A stretch of 64,000 nucleotides of DNA from a virus: IMG/VR virus record IMGVR_UViG_3300028840_002190. One strand, given 5' to 3'. The notes under the pieces were generated by a model, which worked only from the letters and a program-made list of their open reading frames with translations, ran no database searches and was not told the DNA's origin. The position numbers and the translations under genes are program-made. Positions 38,995 through 47,736 of the stretch are shown in pieces (position 1 is the stretch's first letter; the number at the start of each line of letters is the position of its first letter).

Positions 38995-39882
38995 ATGCGA
39001 GTCCCAATTTCTTTAATGGTCATCACGTGCCTGCTAGTGCTCTTTTTTGGAATCTTTGCAGCACAACCGAGTAACTCGGAACCGGCTATACTAGAGACCT
39101 ACCCGCCGGTCTGTGACGCCACCGACGTTTACGCGGACGCGCTCCCGCAAACACTATTCAATGTGGAAGAGATCCCCGCCGAGAAACCAGAAGTCCTGTT
39201 TCCCAAAGATGACGACGTCAAACTCATCGGAAGGCTGACGCGCGGCGTAAAGAAAATCGCCAAGAAGAAGGGTGGCGGTAACTGGTGGTACTGTGGGCGC
39301 ATAGTGCAACCTGAGAAGGAAGATGACTTAGCCTTGGAGTGGGCGTACCGTATCGCCTACCTGGCGTGGGAGTACACAGACCGAGGGAGTGATAACGGTA
39401 TCACCATCAACCCCTGGGGTATCTTCGGGGTTATCTCTAACGAGACAGGGTTCGATAAGTGCGCACTCGGTCCGTGGCCCAGGAAATGGGCGTACGCCAA
39501 CGGTACCATGAAGCAACGTGGCCGTTGCCTGTCCCACACCTATGCTGACATCAAGAAGACCATGACACACCCTCGGGGCATAGAGCGCTGGAAGACAGCC
39601 GGTATCGACGCAGCGCCCCTCCACCAGCTGTGGAGGTGTAATGAAAAAGGGATGTGTAAGCCGAAATTCAACAGTCGTGACCCCCTCCCGCCCATCACGC
39701 TAGATGAAGTCTTCTCCCTCGGTAAAGGATTCGAGTACGGCGTGAGGAAGATGAAGAAGGACTCCATAGACTTCAAGACTGACCGCCCATGGATGTACTG
39801 GCCAGGATACCGGTCCGAGAGATACGACAAGAAGGTCGTCCGCTGGGCTCGCATGGGAGGAGCCACAGAGGAAGAGATCTGA
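38995..39882 (+). CDS. Secreted/membrane-anchored lytic-transglycosylase-like protein
   Basis: AAGGAGG RBS; hydrophobic N-terminus; GVISNETGFDKCALG resembles the SLT catalytic E-S/T-x-F motif; DAAPLHQ resembles GLMQ. Confidence 0.45.
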   Translation: MRVPISLMVITCLLVLFFGIFAAQPSNSEPAILETYPPVCDATDVYADALPQTLFNVEEIPAEKPEVLFPKDDDVKLIGRLTRGVKKIAKKKGGGNWWYCGRIVQPEKEDDLALEWAYRIAYLAWEYTDRGSDNGITINPWGIFGVISNETGFDKCALGPWPRKWAYANGTMKQRGRCLSHTYADIKKTMTHPRGIERWKTAGIDAAPLHQLWRCNEKGMCKPKFNSRDPLPPITLDEVFSLGKGFEYGVRKMKKDSIDFKTDRPWMYWPGYRSERYDKKVVRWARMGGATEEEI

Positions 39883-40560
39883 CACACTAGGCCGCATATA
39901 TGCGAATTCTCCCTGTTACAGGGAGGGCCTTTCGCAGCCCCCTTCGGGGGCTCGAGGGACTGAGCTCGTAACGCGTTTCCACCGTTCTGATGATGAAGCG
40001 CGCTAAAGACCCGAGAGTGACAGCTAGTGCGTATTTACCGGAGGGGACCCTAACCACTGGGCACTTTTTCACGACCAGCGTGAATCACGGAGATACTCTG
40101 TGGGCCTTCTCGCGAGCTCCGAGCAGCTCGCGTAGGTCAAGTACTGTCCGCCGGACCAGGTCCGGGCGGCCAGGAATCCAGCCAGCAGGGAGGACCCCTC
40201 TCCTCACTGGGATCAATCAATGCAAATGAGAGAAGTCTCAGCTACTGAGACAGGGTCTCTTCTCGCTTCGCGAGAGAAGACCATGGAAGCTCAGCTCGAG
40301 CTCGCCACCGACGGGCCCGAGGCGGAGCTGCAGGTGAAGAGCGATCACAAACAAACTAGCCAGTGAGAAATCTATCAAGTTGCTTGGATGCGTTTACTAG
40401 GCGCAATTCCGAGGTACTCGGAAACGACGCGGCGCCGAGAGAGACTCGGCAGCACGCGTCGCCGGTGGTGGCCGCGGCTATCACTGAAACTTGTCCTGGA
40501 GCAGCTCAGCTCGAGCAGGCGAACGTGGCGACACAGCAAGCAACGCTTTTCCCTTCAAAG
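39883..40560. ncRNA. Candidate large structured non-coding RNA (or structured origin); family unassigned
   Basis: Largest non-coding gap in the window; about ten stems, a cUUCGg tetraloop and closing long-range helices. Confidence 0.45.
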
Positions 40561-40610
40561 AAGGCTTAAACTCTGTTAACGTGGCTTAAGCTTTTAGAGG
40601 AGTACAATCC

Positions 40611-40940
40611 ATGGACGACGCAGACATCAAGTTCGGAAATCGTGAGGCACTCGTAGGGTACGTAGAGACGGATTCCGGAGGCATCGTCATCGCAGACGGT
40701 GTGTGGGGGGACGAGTTCCCTACTGTCTCCCAAGACCGCGTACACCTGAATCTCAATCTCGAAAAAGGACGCATACCCGTGTTCGGATTCTCTAAAGGCG
40801 GCAAACGCTACCTCTTACTGTCCCTCGACGACACTGAGGCTATCCCAGCCATCGAGGGAATTGTAGACGTGACGGACCTTCCTAAAGAGGAAAAAGGCAA
40901 TGCGGATGCGGATCGTAGGGATCACCGGGAAGCAGAATAG
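40611..40940 (+). CDS. Hypothetical protein
   Basis: GAGGAG RBS, 109 aa. Confidence 0.65.
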   Translation: MDDADIKFGNREALVGYVETDSGGIVIADGVWGDEFPTVSQDRVHLNLNLEKGRIPVFGFSKGGKRYLLLSLDDTEAIPAIEGIVDVTDLPKEEKGNADADRRDHREAE

Positions 40941-41499
40941 TGGTAAGGACACGCTGGCAAGCGCGTTCATCGAAAATGACTTTTTGAAGATGGCGTTTGC
41001 CGACCCGCTGAAAGACGTCATTCACCGGATGTTCAACATCCCCAAGACGGTGTTGTGGGGTCCTAGCGAAAACCGGGATACGCACACACGGATGATCCTT
41101 CAGACTCTGGGGACAGATTACGCACGAGGTATCGACCCTGAAGTCTGGATCAAACGGACTACGGAGAGGATCCGAGAAGTAGCTACTCGACGACGAGATC
41201 CTCTCGAGCGATGCGTCGTCCCTTTAGGGGACAAAGAGCTACGCATAGTGGTTCCGGACGTCCGGTTCTCGAACGAAGCGGAAGCCCTCAGAAACTTCGC
41301 CCCTGACGCCGTACTGATTCGAGTCCACCGACCAGACTCCGAAGAAGGAAAAGCAGTGGAGACCTGCACGCACATTTCAGAAACGGAAATGGACACCATC
41401 CCTTCTGAGATGTACAAGTACGACTTGCAGAACGTAGGGACACTCGAAGAGTTTCAGACCGCTGCACGAGATGTAGTGCGTAAGGTACTCGCGTCATGA
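40900..41499 (+). CDS. Deoxynucleoside monophosphate kinase
   Basis: IVGITGKQNSGKDT P-loop, FADPLKD, LQTLGTD, DVRFSNE, HISE. Confidence 0.88.
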   Translation: MRMRIVGITGKQNSGKDTLASAFIENDFLKMAFADPLKDVIHRMFNIPKTVLWGPSENRDTHTRMILQTLGTDYARGIDPEVWIKRTTERIREVATRRRDPLERCVVPLGDKELRIVVPDVRFSNEAEALRNFAPDAVLIRVHRPDSEEGKAVETCTHISETEMDTIPSEMYKYDLQNVGTLEEFQTAARDVVRKVLAS

Positions 41500-42041
41500 C
41501 AGATGAACGCTACGTAACGCTTGACGCCCTCCTCCCCCGTGACCCCGATCCCGGAGAAATCTTCGAGATGCCAGAGGGGCAGGTGGGGGGAGCCTCGACC
41601 ATGAATTTCGTCTACGCCGGGGGGAACTGTGTCGGACATACGGCGCAGTTCGCTAGAGTCGCCAACGTAAGCGGCTGTTCTTTTTTGGGTCGGACAGTTA
41701 CGTCCCACCCCTTAGTACGCGGCATGCAAGTCCGCGTCCTCAGCGAACAGTTCACTTTCAAGTCCTTGATGTTCGTGGAGTACTTCGGCTGGCTAGTCCA
41801 CACATACAATCCAAAACCTCAAGTTTTACTTGACGCAAAATTTAAGGTTTTACACGCAATACCAATGAGGAAACCGGATAGCACCCTATACACGTATGAC
41901 CGCGTGTGTCTGGAAAAATACAAGGAGGAGACTGATGCAAGGACCGCCAATGGGAATGCCGCCGGGACTCACACCCCAGATGCTTCAACAGATGCAGCGG
42001 CAGATGCAAGAGCAGCAACAACAACACCAGCAGCAAAGTGA
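41496..42041 (+). CDS. Hypothetical protein
   Basis: ATGA overlap with the dNMP kinase stop. Confidence 0.55.
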   Translation: MTDERYVTLDALLPRDPDPGEIFEMPEGQVGGASTMNFVYAGGNCVGHTAQFARVANVSGCSFLGRTVTSHPLVRGMQVRVLSEQFTFKSLMFVEYFGWLVHTYNPKPQVLLDAKFKVLHAIPMRKPDSTLYTYDRVCLEKYKEETDARTANGNAAGTHTPDASTDAAADARAATTTPAAK

Positions 42042-42792
42042 AGAGAAGAAAGTACAGAACCGTGCACAGGCCAAGGAACAAGCAAACCCTCTCCCGAGCG
42101 GGCGTGACGGACTGAAGAGCCTACGCGCTTTAGCAGAGTGTCCGATCCCTGATGAAGCCGCCAACGTCAAGAACCTACTCGACAAGATGCTCAAGCTCGA
42201 ACTCGACAACGTTGACGAGCAGATGCAAATCGTCGGAGAGGGTATCGCCTCCGTCATCATGGCGGATACGTACTGTGCAAAATACAAGACCAAGCGACCC
42301 GTGGTGCGCTTCGAAGACGACGAGGAGATCCAGGAGCACCACAAAAACTTCCACGAGCTCGGAGAGAAGCTTCAGGCCCTCCAAATGGAACTCACGGAAG
42401 TAGCGCAAGCGGTACAAGAGGCCAAGAAAGGTCGCTGGGAAACCTCCGTCAAGAAATTCGGTCTAGCACCTGAGAAGTTCACATACGAGCTGGACGAGGA
42501 AGAAGGTGTTATCTACCTGGTGGACCTGAAGTGTAACGAGTGCTCAGGGCGTACTCGGGTGCGGAAAGCTCGCCAAGAAGTAGCTGACCGTCTCGTTGAG
42601 TTCGAGCGGGATGCTAAGAAGGAGAAGAATGATGACAGAACAGGAGAGGGAGACGCTGCATCTACAGCACCGGAAGGACATGCTGAAGAGCGCGGAGAAG
42701 TCAGCGGTTCAAAGCAAGAAGTTCCTGGCGTGGCTGATCAGCCAGATACTCCTAGCGACGATGGCGATAACGGCGCTGCTGAAACAGACTAG
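41935..42792 (+). CDS. Hypothetical coiled-coil protein with Q-rich N-terminus
   Basis: Start MQGPPMG with AAGGAGGAG RBS; CNEC near the end of the folded part. Confidence 0.6.
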   Translation: MQGPPMGMPPGLTPQMLQQMQRQMQEQQQQHQQQSEEKKVQNRAQAKEQANPLPSGRDGLKSLRALAECPIPDEAANVKNLLDKMLKLELDNVDEQMQIVGEGIASVIMADTYCAKYKTKRPVVRFEDDEEIQEHHKNFHELGEKLQALQMELTEVAQAVQEAKKGRWETSVKKFGLAPEKFTYELDEEEGVIYLVDLKCNECSGRTRVRKARQEVADRLVEFERDAKKEKNDDRTGEGDAASTAPEGHAEERGEVSGSKQEVPGVADQPDTPSDDGDNGAAETD

Positions 42793-43018
42793 CGCAGGAC
42801 TAGGCTGGGACCTCGCGGCGTTCATGGTAGGTATCGTCTTTGGGATGGTCGTCTCAACGATGTACTACCTGGGCAAGCAGGCTGCAGCCGATATCGCCGT
42901 CCGCGGCTTCGCCATGGTGGGGAAGATAGCAGGGCTCGCGGGAACTGCGATTAGCAATCTCACGAACTCGGAGACAAAAAAAGACGGGGATGAAGAATCC
43001 CCGCCTTCTGAAGACTAA
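42629..43018 (+). CDS. Holin-like two-TM membrane protein
   Basis: AAGGAG RBS, Met-Met start, two hydrophobic helices, YLGKQAAAD, charged tail. Confidence 0.5.
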   Translation: MMTEQERETLHLQHRKDMLKSAEKSAVQSKKFLAWLISQILLATMAITALLKQTSAGLGWDLAAFMVGIVFGMVVSTMYYLGKQAAADIAVRGFAMVGKIAGLAGTAISNLTNSETKKDGDEESPPSED

Positions 43019-43632
43019 CCACGTCTCCGCACCACAAACGTCACCAGAACCTCCGACCACTTCTCGAACTCGAACCGCTCCAACTCAGACACTGAGCACC
43101 ATTGCGTCTCTGCGATCTCCTCGTTATGAGAGATAGCGTCCGGGTCCCCGTGGTAAGTCGCCTGGCGTACCACTCCGAAGTGTACCCGATCCACGGGAGT
43201 GTCCTCGAGGTAGAGGAAGCCCAACGTCACAGGAGCGTCGTAGGGATCGTGAAACGTCAACTCCTCTTGGAGCTCCCGATTCGTCGCCAAGTCTATCATC
43301 CGAAGACGTCCGAGACGGTCGTCCGAAGGATTGATGTGTCCCCCGAAACCCAGGGACCACTTCCCTGAGAGGCGAGAATCTCCGCCCTTATCAGCTCTCC
43401 GGTACACCAGGACCCTGTCGTGTAGAGGGTCGTAAACGTAGGTGTATGGGATGATTTGTTTCCACTTCTCGTCCTCCTCCACCTCCGACCTGTCCTTGAA
43501 CGCCACACACATATCGAGAGTCATCTGGAACTGTTGAAAGTCAATCTCCGTATCGGTGTAACCGGGGAGATTCTCAAAGTGCTCCACCGTAGCTGCAGGG
43601 AAAACAGCCACCCGCTCTTTTTTGGTTTCCAT
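43015..43632 (-). CDS. NUDIX-family hydrolase (COG4112-like)
   Basis: KQIIPY, RLSGKWSLGFGGHIN, RELQEEL, VDRVHFG. Confidence 0.85.
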   Translation of the reverse strand: METKKERVAVFPAATVEHFENLPGYTDTEIDFQQFQMTLDMCVAFKDRSEVEEDEKWKQIIPYTYVYDPLHDRVLVYRRADKGGDSRLSGKWSLGFGGHINPSDDRLGRLRMIDLATNRELQEELTFHDPYDAPVTLGFLYLEDTPVDRVHFGVVRQATYHGDPDAISHNEEIAETQWCSVSELERFEFEKWSEVLVTFVVRRRG

Positions 43633-43641
43633 ACGTCCTCC

Positions 43642-44304
43642 TCAGGTGTGCATATCCACGTAGATGATGGCGCAATCCTTAGTGTCGGGTCCGTCGTTAT
43701 CCCGAAGATCGAAACAACGATAGTCATAGTACGACGTGTCGTACTGTCTAGTAAAGGGCGCCACTTGGGACTCTAACAACGCCGAGAACGCAGTCTGTCG
43801 CTGTTTAAAGGTATACCAGTCGTCATTCGACCCGATGGTCGAACGGTCTTCACGCCACTTCGTCAGTTCTACAAACATCTTTCCCGACATTTGCATGTAC
43901 TGCCAAGCCAGCTGTGAAGGTATCTCTTTGAGGATGTAGGCCAGGAGCTCATCACGGGTCATCGCGTCCAACAGCTTCTCTTCTTTCGAAGTCTTCATCC
44001 CAGGAATAAACACCAGAGATGTGCCGCTCAACAGCACTGAGTTCTGAAAAATCCCGATAGAAAGTCGCATTGCGATTTCCCACGTTAGAGTCTTGAGCTC
44101 TCCTTCAGAAGGCCCCTTCGCAGTGTCGTAGAGGTGGGTCTCACCTTCATCGGTAACTCCGCAAAGAATTGTATACCAGTTGTTCTCGTCTCCTACCCTG
44201 TCCGCATGATCATGTACCTGGTCTTCCCAGAACTCCCACTTCTCTGATGCGGCGTCTACCGCGTCTTGTTTACTGACCAAAAACAGACATATCGAATGTG
44301 CCAC
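43642..44304 (-). CDS. Hypothetical protein
   Basis: 220 aa with GGAGG RBS. Confidence 0.6.
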   Translation of the reverse strand: MAHSICLFLVSKQDAVDAASEKWEFWEDQVHDHADRVGDENNWYTILCGVTDEGETHLYDTAKGPSEGELKTLTWEIAMRLSIGIFQNSVLLSGTSLVFIPGMKTSKEEKLLDAMTRDELLAYILKEIPSQLAWQYMQMSGKMFVELTKWREDRSTIGSNDDWYTFKQRQTAFSALLESQVAPFTRQYDTSYYDYRCFDLRDNDGPDTKDCAIIYVDMHT

Positions 44305-44360
44305 AACTACGTCCTCCGGTAGTTAGAGTTAGGGTACTCTTTCATGTACCATTCTAAGCT

Positions 44361-44370
44361 GTATAATTAG
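44361..44370 (+). promoter_or_regulatory. GTATAATTAG -10-type element
   Basis: Perfect TATAAT ~30 nt before the 44399 start; identical 10-mer on the minus strand at 46866-46875. Confidence 0.5.
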
Positions 44371-44398
44371 GTGTGGCCGCCAAGAGAGGCGGAATACA

Positions 44399-44938
44399 AT
44401 GACTGTGGCTAGTAGCAGATTCATACGACTGGCGTCCTACTTCGAGGCTAAACACGACGTAAGGATCCGGTCCAAAGACACTGATCGTGGGGCGTGGGAA
44501 CTTCTCAACCTATTGTGGAGAGGTATCACTTTCGGGCACGGCAAAAACTTACTGAAAAACTACGTGATGACCGTGGGCCGTACGATCTACTTTCCGCTGG
44601 GGTGGACACAGGAATCCGCGGATGATGAAGACTACATCATACTCTGTCACGAACTCAAACACATCGAGCAGTACCGGACCCTGGGATTTGGAAGTGAAAA
44701 ACTAGGATTCGCCATCTTCGCTCTCCTATACCTCCTAGTCCCTCTCCCCCTCGGACTGGCATGGTTCCGCTACGCATTCGAAAGAGCTGCCTACCTCGAA
44801 AGCTACAAGGCCGCTAAGGACCTAGGACTCTCCCCCAAAATTGACTATTATGTAGGTATCCTGAGCGGTGTTACGTATTTCTGGGCGTGGCCGTTCAAGT
44901 TCCTGATCCGCAGGTGGTTCATGCAGAGGTGCAAATGA
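44399..44938 (+). CDS. HExxH zincin-like metallopeptidase with a hydrophobic segment
   Basis: ILCHELKHIEQY plus downstream FERAAY; FAIFALLYLLVPLPLGLAWF. Confidence 0.6.
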   Translation: MTVASSRFIRLASYFEAKHDVRIRSKDTDRGAWELLNLLWRGITFGHGKNLLKNYVMTVGRTIYFPLGWTQESADDEDYIILCHELKHIEQYRTLGFGSEKLGFAIFALLYLLVPLPLGLAWFRYAFERAAYLESYKAAKDLGLSPKIDYYVGILSGVTYFWAWPFKFLIRRWFMQRCK

Positions 44939-45180
44939 CTCCATTCGAAAAAGGAGCGGAAGACGTCTTCGAAGTGTTAGGGGTGAAATCCCCGGGAGTG
45001 GTTTCAGACCTGAAAGAGAAGGTCGTAGAGGGGCTCCCTGAACCGATCAAGGACGTCAAAGAACAGCTTGGAAAGTCTTACCGCGCTACACCCTACTCCC
45101 TACTGTTCGGGCGGTACAAAGACACGCTGGGGAACATGGTGAAGAAGGTAAAAGAAAAAGCCCAAGGGTTGGTGGATTGA
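44935..45180 (+). CDS. Small protein carrying the shared FxxGxxxVxxxLGxK leader
   Basis: ATGA overlap; MTPFEKGAEDVFEVLGVKS. Confidence 0.6.
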   Translation: MTPFEKGAEDVFEVLGVKSPGVVSDLKEKVVEGLPEPIKDVKEQLGKSYRATPYSLLFGRYKDTLGNMVKKVKEKAQGLVD

Positions 45181-45222
45181 AAAAATTTGGCCACGACCTC
45201 GGGAGCAACGAAGTCGTGGCCA
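45181..45222 (-). terminator. Terminator between convergent genes
   Basis: TGGCCACGAC/GTCGTGGCCA 10-bp inverted repeat; T-run on the minus strand. Confidence 0.65.
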
Positions 45223-45260
45223 GGGAGAGCGACAATGCCTAGAAACACCTTAACAAGGTG

Positions 45261-45896
45261 TTATTGATTGTCAACAGCTTTACCGCGTAATTCTTCGTGA
45301 CGTTTCTTGGTGGCCGCTTGTAACCCGAGCAGCCCTAACCCTAAAGCACCAGCCCCCGCCCCCGCGTAGAGCAGCGGCTTTTTATTCTTAGTCGCGAACT
45401 CACGCAGCCCCTTCATCCGTTCCAGAAGGTCGTCCAAGAATTGGCCTCTGCCCTGGGAACGTTCTTTCCACGCCTTCGAGAAAGCGTCCCACCCCTTCGG
45501 CTCAGCCGGACCGGGAGGCGGACCGGGGATCTCACCAGAAAAGCGTGGAGGAGTGCGCTTCTCGGGACGGAAACCCCTCATCTCTTTTGACCCAAGTCCC
45601 AACAGTTCCTCTAGAGGAGAGAGCCCCGACTTCGGATTGACCTTCTGACCTCCTAAAACACGTGGGGCCCGCCCCTCTAAGTCCCCACCTCCCGCACGGT
45701 CTAAAAGCCGTTCGAGGCGGTCCTCAAGGTGCATCACCTTAGGGTCGAGGGGATGTGCGTGAAGTTGGGGGCCCTTCTGTGCCCTGAGGCGTTCGTACCC
45801 TCTCAACGCCGAAATGAGCTCCGCGTTCTCACGTGGACCCTTAGGAAGGTGTTTCGTCCAGCGTCCCTCTTTAGTCAAAACTGATAACAGCCCCAT
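45261..45896 (-). CDS. Basic hypothetical protein with C-terminal glycine-zipper TM (putative internal virion protein)
   Basis: LTKEG near the N-terminus; LLYAGAGAGALGLGLLGL. Confidence 0.6.
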   Translation of the reverse strand: MGLLSVLTKEGRWTKHLPKGPRENAELISALRGYERLRAQKGPQLHAHPLDPKVMHLEDRLERLLDRAGGGDLEGRAPRVLGGQKVNPKSGLSPLEELLGLGSKEMRGFRPEKRTPPRFSGEIPGPPPGPAEPKGWDAFSKAWKERSQGRGQFLDDLLERMKGLREFATKNKKPLLYAGAGAGALGLGLLGLQAATKKRHEELRGKAVDNQ

Positions 45897-45962
45897 GGTA
45901 CAAGCCTTTGTAGGAGAACAACTCGTGGTCTAAGTATAGTACACCGCGAAAAGGAGGGAAAG

Positions 45963-46130
45963 ATGTTGTCATGTATTGTTGGGGGGCTGTGGGTTATCGG
46001 CGCACTCTGCTACGCTGCAGCCCTTTGGAAGAAGGAAGGACCCAACGCAATAGGTGAGGCGTTCCTCTGGCCCCTCATGCTGGTGGTGCGCGCGACGCAT
46101 CAAACCAAGGAAGGACCGAAAGACAGTTGA
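45963..46130 (+). CDS. 55-aa membrane protein (MLSCIVGGLWVIGALCYAAALW...FLWPLMLVV)
   Basis: AAGGAGG RBS with GTATAGT upstream; two hydrophobic stretches; below the track cutoff. Confidence 0.55.
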   Translation: MLSCIVGGLWVIGALCYAAALWKKEGPNAIGEAFLWPLMLVVRATHQTKEGPKDS

Positions 46131-46822
46131 GCTCGAAGTGCAGCCGGATCCTTGGGTACAAGGGACGTGGGAACCGCCTTGGTTTTTACCAGGTAATCCT
46201 TCACGTCCTTGTACCCACGCTTCCAAAGACTCTTGGCAAACTCCTCCATGGCGACACCCCCCTTCGAGGGGATGTTCAGTAATTTTTTGCTCGCGGCACT
46301 CAAGCCTCCCGCAACCGCCATCCCGAGCTCCGAAGCTGCCGGAGCAGGAACTGCGGCCCCCGCTACTCCCAGCGTAGTTCCAGGATGATCCGCGATGAAC
46401 TTGAGTAACTTCTCTCGGAACTCGGGGCTGAGACCAACGTGCCCACGGCTAGAGTGAGTGAGCAACTTGTCAAAACTACGCAACGGTGCATCAGCCGCAC
46501 GGATCGCTACTGGACCTATTTTACGGGCGACGCTATCACGCATAGCGTCTTCAAACGCCCCGGAACTGACGCCCCTCATCGATTTCCGAAAAGCTTTGTT
46601 TCGGTAAAGGTGCCCTGCACCCCTTGAACCACTAGCAATGCCCGCCATCAGACGCGCTAAAAGTGCTTCTTTCTGATGCTCCGCCGTTTTCTCTTCATCT
46701 CCGGGATGACCGTAGTGCAGTAACGACTGCGGCCCATGCTCCCTAAGAATTTTCTTGGAGCCCTTCTGAGCATTTCGTAGAGCCTTGGCCCAACTCTTCG
46801 GGATCCTTCTCGGAATTGCCAT
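46100..46822 (-). CDS. Basic hypothetical protein with EKTA/QKEA motifs and a Gly/Ala-rich hydrophobic segment
   Basis: 240-aa ORF; GTATAATTAG upstream. Confidence 0.65.
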   Translation of the reverse strand: MAIPRRIPKSWAKALRNAQKGSKKILREHGPQSLLHYGHPGDEEKTAEHQKEALLARLMAGIASGSRGAGHLYRNKAFRKSMRGVSSGAFEDAMRDSVARKIGPVAIRAADAPLRSFDKLLTHSSRGHVGLSPEFREKLLKFIADHPGTTLGVAGAAVPAPAASELGMAVAGGLSAASKKLLNIPSKGGVAMEEFAKSLWKRGYKDVKDYLVKTKAVPTSLVPKDPAALRAQLSFGPSLV

Positions 46823-46865
46823 CTAAACACCTCAGGGCAAAAAATTAGCACGGGGCTATCCCGCG

Positions 46866-46875
46866 CTAATTATAC
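46866..46875 (-). promoter_or_regulatory. GTATAATTAG -10-type element
   Basis: 44 nt upstream of the 46822 start; no recognisable -35. Confidence 0.5.
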
Positions 46876-46923
46876 GCTATTTCCTAGGTGTACGGATCAT
46901 CATCTTTGTGCTTCTCGTAACAC

Positions 46924-47349
46924 TCAGTGCAGAGTGGTATCTCCTCCCGTACTTCCGGGCGCATCCGCCGCGTCACCTTGTCCTCGATCACCCGCATCTT
47001 CACCAGCCGGTGTTGTGTCTGACGCGACGGCGTCGTCTCCCCGCACATCTGACAGTTGTACATCCTCTTCCTCCTTGGCCAAGTACTTGTTGAAATCTCC
47101 TCGAACTTCTCCGAACTGTTCCAGCTCCACAGCCGACAGCCGGTCGTGGAACTCCCCCAGCATCTCTTTGAGCGTCTGCGTCAACACCTTGTTAGTCTTG
47201 TGGAGATTCTCGTTCGTGAGTTGCTGTTCGACGAGCATGCGCTTCAGTTGCTCTGTTGGAGCGGCCAGAGTATCGATCTGCTCTTTGATCTTCGCCTGCT
47301 CTATCGTCGGATTTCGGGCCGCGCGCCCTTTGTGTTTTCGATTACCCAT
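46924..47349 (-). CDS. Hypothetical coiled-coil protein
   Basis: Start MGNRKH with GTGAGG RBS. Confidence 0.55.
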   Translation of the reverse strand: MGNRKHKGRAARNPTIEQAKIKEQIDTLAAPTEQLKRMLVEQQLTNENLHKTNKVLTQTLKEMLGEFHDRLSAVELEQFGEVRGDFNKYLAKEEEDVQLSDVRGDDAVASDTTPAGEDAGDRGQGDAADAPGSTGGDTTLH

Positions 47350-47361
47350 GTTCCTCACCCG

Positions 47362-47404
47362 AAAAAAACAGAGTGCCCCAGGGTTGCGCATCCCCGGGGC
47401 ACTC
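47362..47404 (-). terminator. Intrinsic terminator
   Basis: GAGTGCCCC/GGGGCACTC stem followed by TGTTTTTTT on the minus strand. Confidence 0.7.
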
Positions 47405-47446
47405 CTCAGCGCTGTGTTCTTTACGCATTAGAATAGAACTGCAGTC

Positions 47447-47668
47447 TTAAGTATTCCAAAACTCAGGGTACTTAGACTCAGCGCAGGGATTGATCGTTCG
47501 GGCCTCAGGGGAAGACACAGCGCGTCCTTCCCGATTCGCAATAAGAGACCCAGCTTTCGCCTTCTGTAGGCTACTCGCCTGCGTGTTCAGCTCTGCACCC
47601 AGTTGACCCAGCACAGCGCACGCCAGGAAAAGGTGCAGAACGCTCGCCAATAGTAATTGGGCTACCAT
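47447..47668 (-). CDS. Small protein with a signal-peptide-like N-terminus
   Basis: GGGAGG RBS; MVAQLLLASVLHLFLACAVLG. Confidence 0.45.
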   Translation of the reverse strand: MVAQLLLASVLHLFLACAVLGQLGAELNTQASSLQKAKAGSLIANREGRAVSSPEARTINPCAESKYPEFWNT

Positions 47669-47736
47669 TCGGTGCACCTCCCAGGTTAGAGCATTCTACA
47701 TACTTATACCGTAAAGGGAGGAGTTTTTGAAGAGGA

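Noticed and set aside
39883-40560. tRNA, tmRNA, RNase P or group I/II intron in the structured gap
   Set aside because: No T-loop GTTCGA/CCA end, no GAGGAAAGTCC and no domain-V motif on either strand by eye; the flanking genes are intact, so no CDS is interrupted. A covariance-model scan is still needed.
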